From contig OZ024740.1 in NCBI GenBank assembly GCA_964016885.1, positions 16,864,001-16,928,000 of the forward strand: DNA of 64,000 nt. The letters are read 5' to 3'. Origin of the DNA: Eledone cirrhosa. Taxonomy: Eukaryota. The notes beneath the pieces are model-generated. The model saw only the letters and a program-made list of their open reading frames with translations, did not search any database and had not been told where the DNA came from. Made by a program: the position numbers and the translations under genes. Shown piece after piece: positions 56,852 through 64,000 of the stretch. Every line of letters begins with the position of its first letter. The first letter of the stretch is position 1.

Positions 56852-58217
56852 ATACATACATACATACATACATACATACATACATACATACATACACATA
56901 CAGACATACATACATACATATACAGACATACACACACATACAGACATATATTCATACATACATACAGACAGACAGACATACATACACATACATACATACA
57001 TACATACATACATACATACATACACATACATACATACATACACATACAGACATACATACATACATACAGACATACACACACATACAGCCATACATAGACA
57101 TATATACATACAGACAGACAGACCTACACACATACATACATACATACACATACAGACATACATACATACATACAGACAGACATACACACACATACAGCCA
57201 TACATACAGACAGACAGACAGACCTACACGCATACATACATACATACACATACAGATATACATACATACACATACAGACATACATACACATACAGCCATA
57301 CTTACACATACATACATACACATACATACACATACATACAGACATATATACACATACAGACATATATACACATACATACATACATACACACACACATATA
57401 TATACACACACACACACACACATATACACATACAGACATACATACACATACATACATATATACATACATACAGACATATACACATACAGACATACATACA
57501 CATACAGACATATACACACACACACACATATATACACACACACATATATACACATACAGACATATATAGACATACAGACATATATACACATACAGACATA
57601 TATACACACACATACACATATACACATACACACATATATACACATATATATACACACATATATATACACACACATGTATACACACACATACACATATATA
57701 CACATATATATACACACACACATATACACACACACACATATATACACACACATACACATATATATACACACACACATATATACACACACATACATATATA
57801 TACACACATATATATACACACACACATATATACACACACATATACACACACATACACATATATATACACACACACATATATACACACATACATATATATA
57901 CACACATATATATACACACACATATATACACATACACATATATATATATATACACACACATACACACATACACACACATATACACACACACATATATATA
58001 CACACACACACATATATGCTCACACACATATATATACACACACACATATATATACACACACACACATATATACACACACATGTATACACACATATATACA
58101 CACACACATATATACACATATATACACACACATACACATATATATACATACACACATATATACACACATACATATATATACACACATATATATACACACA
58201 CATACATACACATATAT

Positions 58218-58259
<42 letters not shown>

Positions 58260-58316
58260 ACACAATCACACACATATATACACACACACATATATACACA
58301 CACACATATATACATA

Positions 58317-58348
<32 letters not shown>

Positions 58349-58360
58349 TATATGCTCACA
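56852..58360. repeat. Long compound (CATA)/(CAGA)/(CA)/(TA) microsatellite
   Basis: 1.5 kb of alternating pyrimidine-A repeats with recurring variants (catacagccatac, gacctacac, catatatgctcacac). Confidence 0.96.
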
Positions 58361-58596
58361 CCACTGACATTATCATGACATAACGTGTTAGGGTGGTTGT
58401 TTCAGACTTGAGGTGGGGGGGTACATCAGGTTTGGGAAGCCCCGGGGTACTTCAGGTTTGGGGAAGGGGGAGCTCCTCATACACAAAGAATTAAAATACA
58501 CAGCACCCCCACCCCCAATTCTACATATCAAAGATAGCTTGGCACAAATAATTGGAATTGAAAAATTATACATACAGGTATTAGTTTTAAAATGTC

Positions 58597-58790
58597 TAAC
58601 CCCCTGGACATGACGCCAGTCCAACACAGAGTGAAACTCCCAGCTATTGTTGGGACACATTTTGAGCTGAGTATACTGGAGCAACGTGAAAGGAAGTGTT
58701 TTCATCAAGAAGACAACAGCCAACCCAGGAATCGAACCCACCACATTATGATCATAAGTTCAACAACATTACTACTAGGCCATGAACCTC
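58597..58790 (-). mobile_element. tRNA-derived SINE, family B (diverged)
   Basis: Minus strand reads TGGCCTAGTAG (A box), GGTTCGATTCC (B box), then tgtcttcttgatgaaaacacttcctttcacgttgctccagtatactcagc...ggactggcgtcatgtccagggg. Confidence 0.8.
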
Positions 58791-58850
58791 CACTACCAGT
58801 TCAATACTGGGGTCATATAAACCACTTTCCCTATAAATGGTTCACCTAAA

Positions 58851-61800
58851 TCCTCTACTACCACAACTATAACTACTACCACAACTATAAGCTCTACTAC
58901 CACAACTATAGCCTCTACCACCACAACTATAGCCTCTACCACCACAACTATAACCTCTACTACCACAACTATAAGCTCTACTACCACAACTATAGCCTCT
59001 ACCACCAAAACTATAGCCTCTACCACCAAAACTATAAACTCTACCACCACAACTATAACTACTACCACAACTATAACCTCTACTACCACAACTATAGCTT
59101 CTACTACAACAACTATAACATCTACTACCACAACTATAGCCTCTACTACCAAAACTATAACCTCTACCACAACTAAATCCTCTACTACAACAACTATAAC
59201 TACTACCACAACTATAGCCTCTACTACCACAACTATAACCTCTACTACCACAACTATAACTACTACCACAACTATAACTACTACCACAAATATAACCTCT
59301 ACTACCACAACTATAACTACTACCACAACTATAACCTCTACTACCACTACTATAGCCGCTACTACCACAACTATAGCCTCTACTACCACAACTATAGCCT
59401 TTACTACCACAACTATAACCTCTACTACCACAACTATAACTACTACCACAAATATAACCTCTACTACCCTAACTATAGCTACTACCACAACTATAACCTC
59501 TACTACCACAACTAAAATTACTACCACAACTATAATCTCTACTACCACAACTATAGCTTCTACTACAACAACTATAACATCTACTACCATAATTATAACT
59601 ACTACCACAACTATAACTACTACCATAACTATAACTACTACCACAACTATAACCTCTACTACCACAACTATAACTACTACCACAACTATAACTATTACTA
59701 CAAATATAACCTCTACTACCACAACTATAACCTCTACTACCACAACTACAACTACTACCACAACTATAACCTCTACTACCACAACTATAACTACTACCAC
59801 AACTATAACCTCTACTACCACAACTATAACCTCTACTGCCACAACTACAACTACTACCACAACTATAACTACTACCACAATTATAGCCTCTACTACCACA
59901 ACTATAACCTCTACTACAACAACTATAACATCTACTAGCACAACTATAACTACTACCGCAACGATAGCTACTACCACAACTATAACCTCTACTACCATAA
60001 CTATGACTACTACCGCAACTATAGCCTCTACTACCACAACTATAGCTTCTACTACCACAACTATAACCTCTACTACCACAATTATAACCTCTACTACCAC
60101 AACTATAACAACTACCACAACTATAACTACTACTACAACTATAGCTACTACCACAACTATAACCTCTACTACCACAACTATAACCTATACTACCACAACT
60201 ATAACAACTACCACAACTATAACTACTACTACCACAACTATAACTACTACCACACTATAACCTCTACTACCACAACTATAACCACTACTACCTCAACTAT
60301 AACTGCTACTATAACTATATCTACTACCACCACTAAAACTACTACCAGAACTATAACTACTACTACAACTATAAATACTACCAAAACTATGAACTCTGCT
60401 ACCACAACTATAACTACTACCACAACTATAACCTCTACTACCACAACTATAACCTCTACTACCACAACTATAACCTCTACTATAACAACTATAACCACTA
60501 CTACCTCAACTATAACTACTACTATAACTATATCTACTACCACCACTAAAACTACTACCAGAACTATAACTACTACTACAACTATAAATACTACCAAAAC
60601 TATGAACTCTACTACCAAAACTATAACTACTACCACAACTATAACCACTTCTACCACCACTATAATCTCTGCTACCACAACTATTACTACTACCACAACT
60701 ATAACTACTACCACAACTATAACTTCCACTACCACAACTATAACTACTACCACAATTATAACTTCTACTACCACATTTATAACTATCACAACTATAGCCT
60801 TTACTGCCACAACTAAAACTACTACCAAAACTATAACTACTACCACAACTATAGCTACTACCACAACTATAACTACTACCACAACTATAACCTATACAAC
60901 CACTACTAAAACTACTACCACAACTATAACTACTACCACAACTATAACGTCTACCACAAATATAGCCTCTACTACCACAGCTATAACAACTACCACAACT
61001 ATAATCTATGCTAACAAAATTATAACTGCTACCACAACTATAACTACTACCACAACTATAACCTCTACTACCACAACTATAGCCTCTACTACCACAAATA
61101 TAACTACTACCACAACTATAACCTATACAACCACAACTATAACTACTACCACAACTATAACTACTACCACAACTATAACCTCTACTACCACAACTATAAC
61201 TACTACCACAACTATAACCTATACTACCACAACTATGACTACTACCACAACTATAACTACTACTACAACTATAAATACCACCACAACTATAACCTCTACT
61301 ACCACAACTATAACTACTACCACAACTATTATCTCTGCTACCACAACTATAACTACTACCACAACTACAACTACTACCACAATTATAGCCTCTACTACAA
61401 CAACTATAACTACTAACACAACTATAACCACTACTAATACAACTATAACTACTACCACAACTATAACTACTACTACCACAACTATAATCTCTGCTACCAC
61501 AAAAATAACTAGTACCACAACTATAACTACTACTACAACTATAACCATTACTACCACAACTATAATCTCTGCTACCACAACAATAACTACTACCACAACT
61601 ATAACTACTACAACAACTATAACCTCTACTACCACAACTATAACTACTACCACAACTATAACTACTACTACCACAACTATAACCTCTAATACCACAACAA
61701 CCACTACAGTAACCACTAACACTACTATAACCACTACAACTACAGTAACCACTACCACTATTGTAACTACTACCACTGCCATAACCACTACCACTACTGT

Positions 61801-64000
61801 AACCACTGCCACTAACGCTACTGTATCCACTGCCACTGCAGTAACAACTACTACTACAGTAACCACTACTACTACTGTAACCACTACAGTAACGTCTACC
61901 ACTACAATAACCACTACCACTACTGCAACCACGACCACTACAATAACCACTACCACTACAGTAACCACAACCACTACTCTAAAAACTACCATTACTGTAA
62001 CCACTACTACTACAGTAACTACTACCACTACAGTAACCACTAACACTACTGTAACCACTACCACTACAGTAACCACTACCACTACAGTAACCACTACCAC
62101 TTCAGTAACCACTACCACTATTGTAACCACTACCACTACAAAACCACTACCACTACAAAAACCACTACCACGACAGTAACCACTACAGTAACCACTACAG
62201 TAACCACTACCACTACAGTAACCACTACCACTACTGTAACCACTACCACTACAGTAACCACTACCACTACAGTAGCCACTACTACTACAGAAACCACTAC
62301 AACCACAGTTACCACTACCACTACAGTTACCACTACCACTACTGTAACTACTACCACTACTGTAACCACTACCACTACAGTAACCACTACCACTACAGTA
62401 ACCACTACCACTACTGTAACTACTACCACTACTGTAACCACTACCACTACAGTAACCACTACCACTACTGTAACCACTACCGCTACAGTAACCACTACCA
62501 CTACTGTAACCACTACCACTACAGTAACCACTACCACTACAGTAAACACTACCACTACAGTAACCACTACCACTACAGTAACCACTACCACTACAGTAAA
62601 CACTACCACTACAGTAACCACTACAACTACAGTAACCACTACCACTACAGTAAACACTACCACTACTGTAACCACTACCACTACAGTAACCACTACCACT
62701 ACAGTAACCACTACCACTACAGTAAACACTACCACTACAGTAACCACTACCACTACAGTAAACACAACCACTACTGTAACCACTACCACTACAGTAACCA
62801 CTACCACTACAGTAAACACTACCACTACAGTAACCACTACCGCTACAGTAACCACTACCACTACTGTAACCACTACCACTACAGTAACCACTACCACTAC
62901 AGTAAACACTACCACTACAGTAACCACTACCACTACAGTAACCACTACCACTACAGTAAACACTACCACTACTGTAACCACTACCACTACAGTAACCACT
63001 ACCACTACAGTAAACACTACCACTACAGTAACCACTACCACTACAGTAACCACTACCACTACAGTAAACACTACCACTACTGTAACCACTACCACTACAG
63101 TAACCACTACCACTACAGTAAACACTACCACTACAGTAAACACTACCACTACAGTAACCACTACCACTACAGTAAACACTACCACTACTGTAACCATTAC
63201 CACTACAGTAACCACTACCACGACAGTAACCACTACCACTACTGTAACCACTACCACTACAGTAAACACTACCACTACAGTAACCACTACCACTACTGTA
63301 ACCACTACCACTACAGTACCCACTACCACTACAGTAAACACTACCACTGCAGCAACCACTACCACTACTGTAACCACTACCACTACAATAACCACTACCA
63401 CGACAGTAACCACTACCACTACTGTAACAACTACCACTACTGTAACCACTACCACTACTGTAACCACTACCGCTACAGTAACCACTACCACTACTGTAAC
63501 CACTACCACTACAGTAACCACTACCACTACAGTAAACACTACCACTGCAGTAACCACTACCACTACAGTAACCACTACCACTACAGTAACCACTACCACT
63601 ACTGTAACCACTACCACTACTGTAAACACTACCACTAGAGTAAACACTACCACTACAGTAACCACTACCACTAAAGTAACCACTAGCACTACAGTAACCA
63701 CTACCACTACTGTAACCACTACCACTACAGTAACCACTACCACTACAGTAACCACTACCACTACAGTAACCACTACCACTACAGTAACCACTACCACTAC
63801 TGTAACCACTACCATTACAGTAAACACTACCACTAGAGTAAACACTACCACTACAGTAACCACTACCACTAAAGTAACCACTAGCACTACAGTAACCACT
63901 ACCACTACAGTAACCACTACCACTACTGTAACCACTACCACTACAGTAACCACTACCACTACAGTAAACACTACCACTACAGTAACCACTACCACTACAG
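58851..64000. repeat. ACN-triplet minisatellite: 18/21-bp ACAACTATA(ACCTCT/ACT)ACTACC units switching to 18-bp GTAACCACTACCACTACA; runs off the right edge
   Basis: Read directly from the sequence. The unit switch is near 61700, and phase breaks occur at ~60253 and ~62140-62160. Confidence 0.96.

Noticed and set aside
50255-58790. tRNA genes at the A/B-box motifs
   Set aside because: No complete cloverleaf is evident, and the boxes run into SINE bodies, one of which is present twice.

Overview
Repeat-dominated eukaryotic DNA with no recognisable host gene. The SINEs and the RTE 3' end resemble octopod (cephalopod) repeats; this is my recognition, not a database result. Bases 1-39.75 kb are one almost G-free ACN-triplet satellite (ACA/ACC/ACT/ATC) with kb-scale higher-order structure, and two related ACN satellites lie at 46.7-48.8 kb (opposite strand) and 58.85-64 kb. 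Their long poly-Val, poly-Thr and Gly-Cys ORFs are reading-frame artefacts. The 40-59 kb interval is a nest of mobile elements. It holds one apparently intact RTE-clade LINE (APE + RT with an embedded PHD finger, minus strand), a decayed BovB-like RTE with three C2H2 fingers, a Penelope-like RT fragment with an inverted duplication, and an R4/Dong-like RLE 3' fragment. It also holds three tRNA-derived SINEs, a MITE-like element, RTE 5'-UTR and 3'-end pieces, and several fold-back palindromes. The best leads are a candidate double-pseudoknot (HDV-like) ribozyme at an RTE 5' end, fold-back caps at the 5' ends of three unrelated truncated fragments, the AUG-less N-terminus of the intact LINE, and a frame-breaking marker that exposes the higher-order repeat of the giant satellite.
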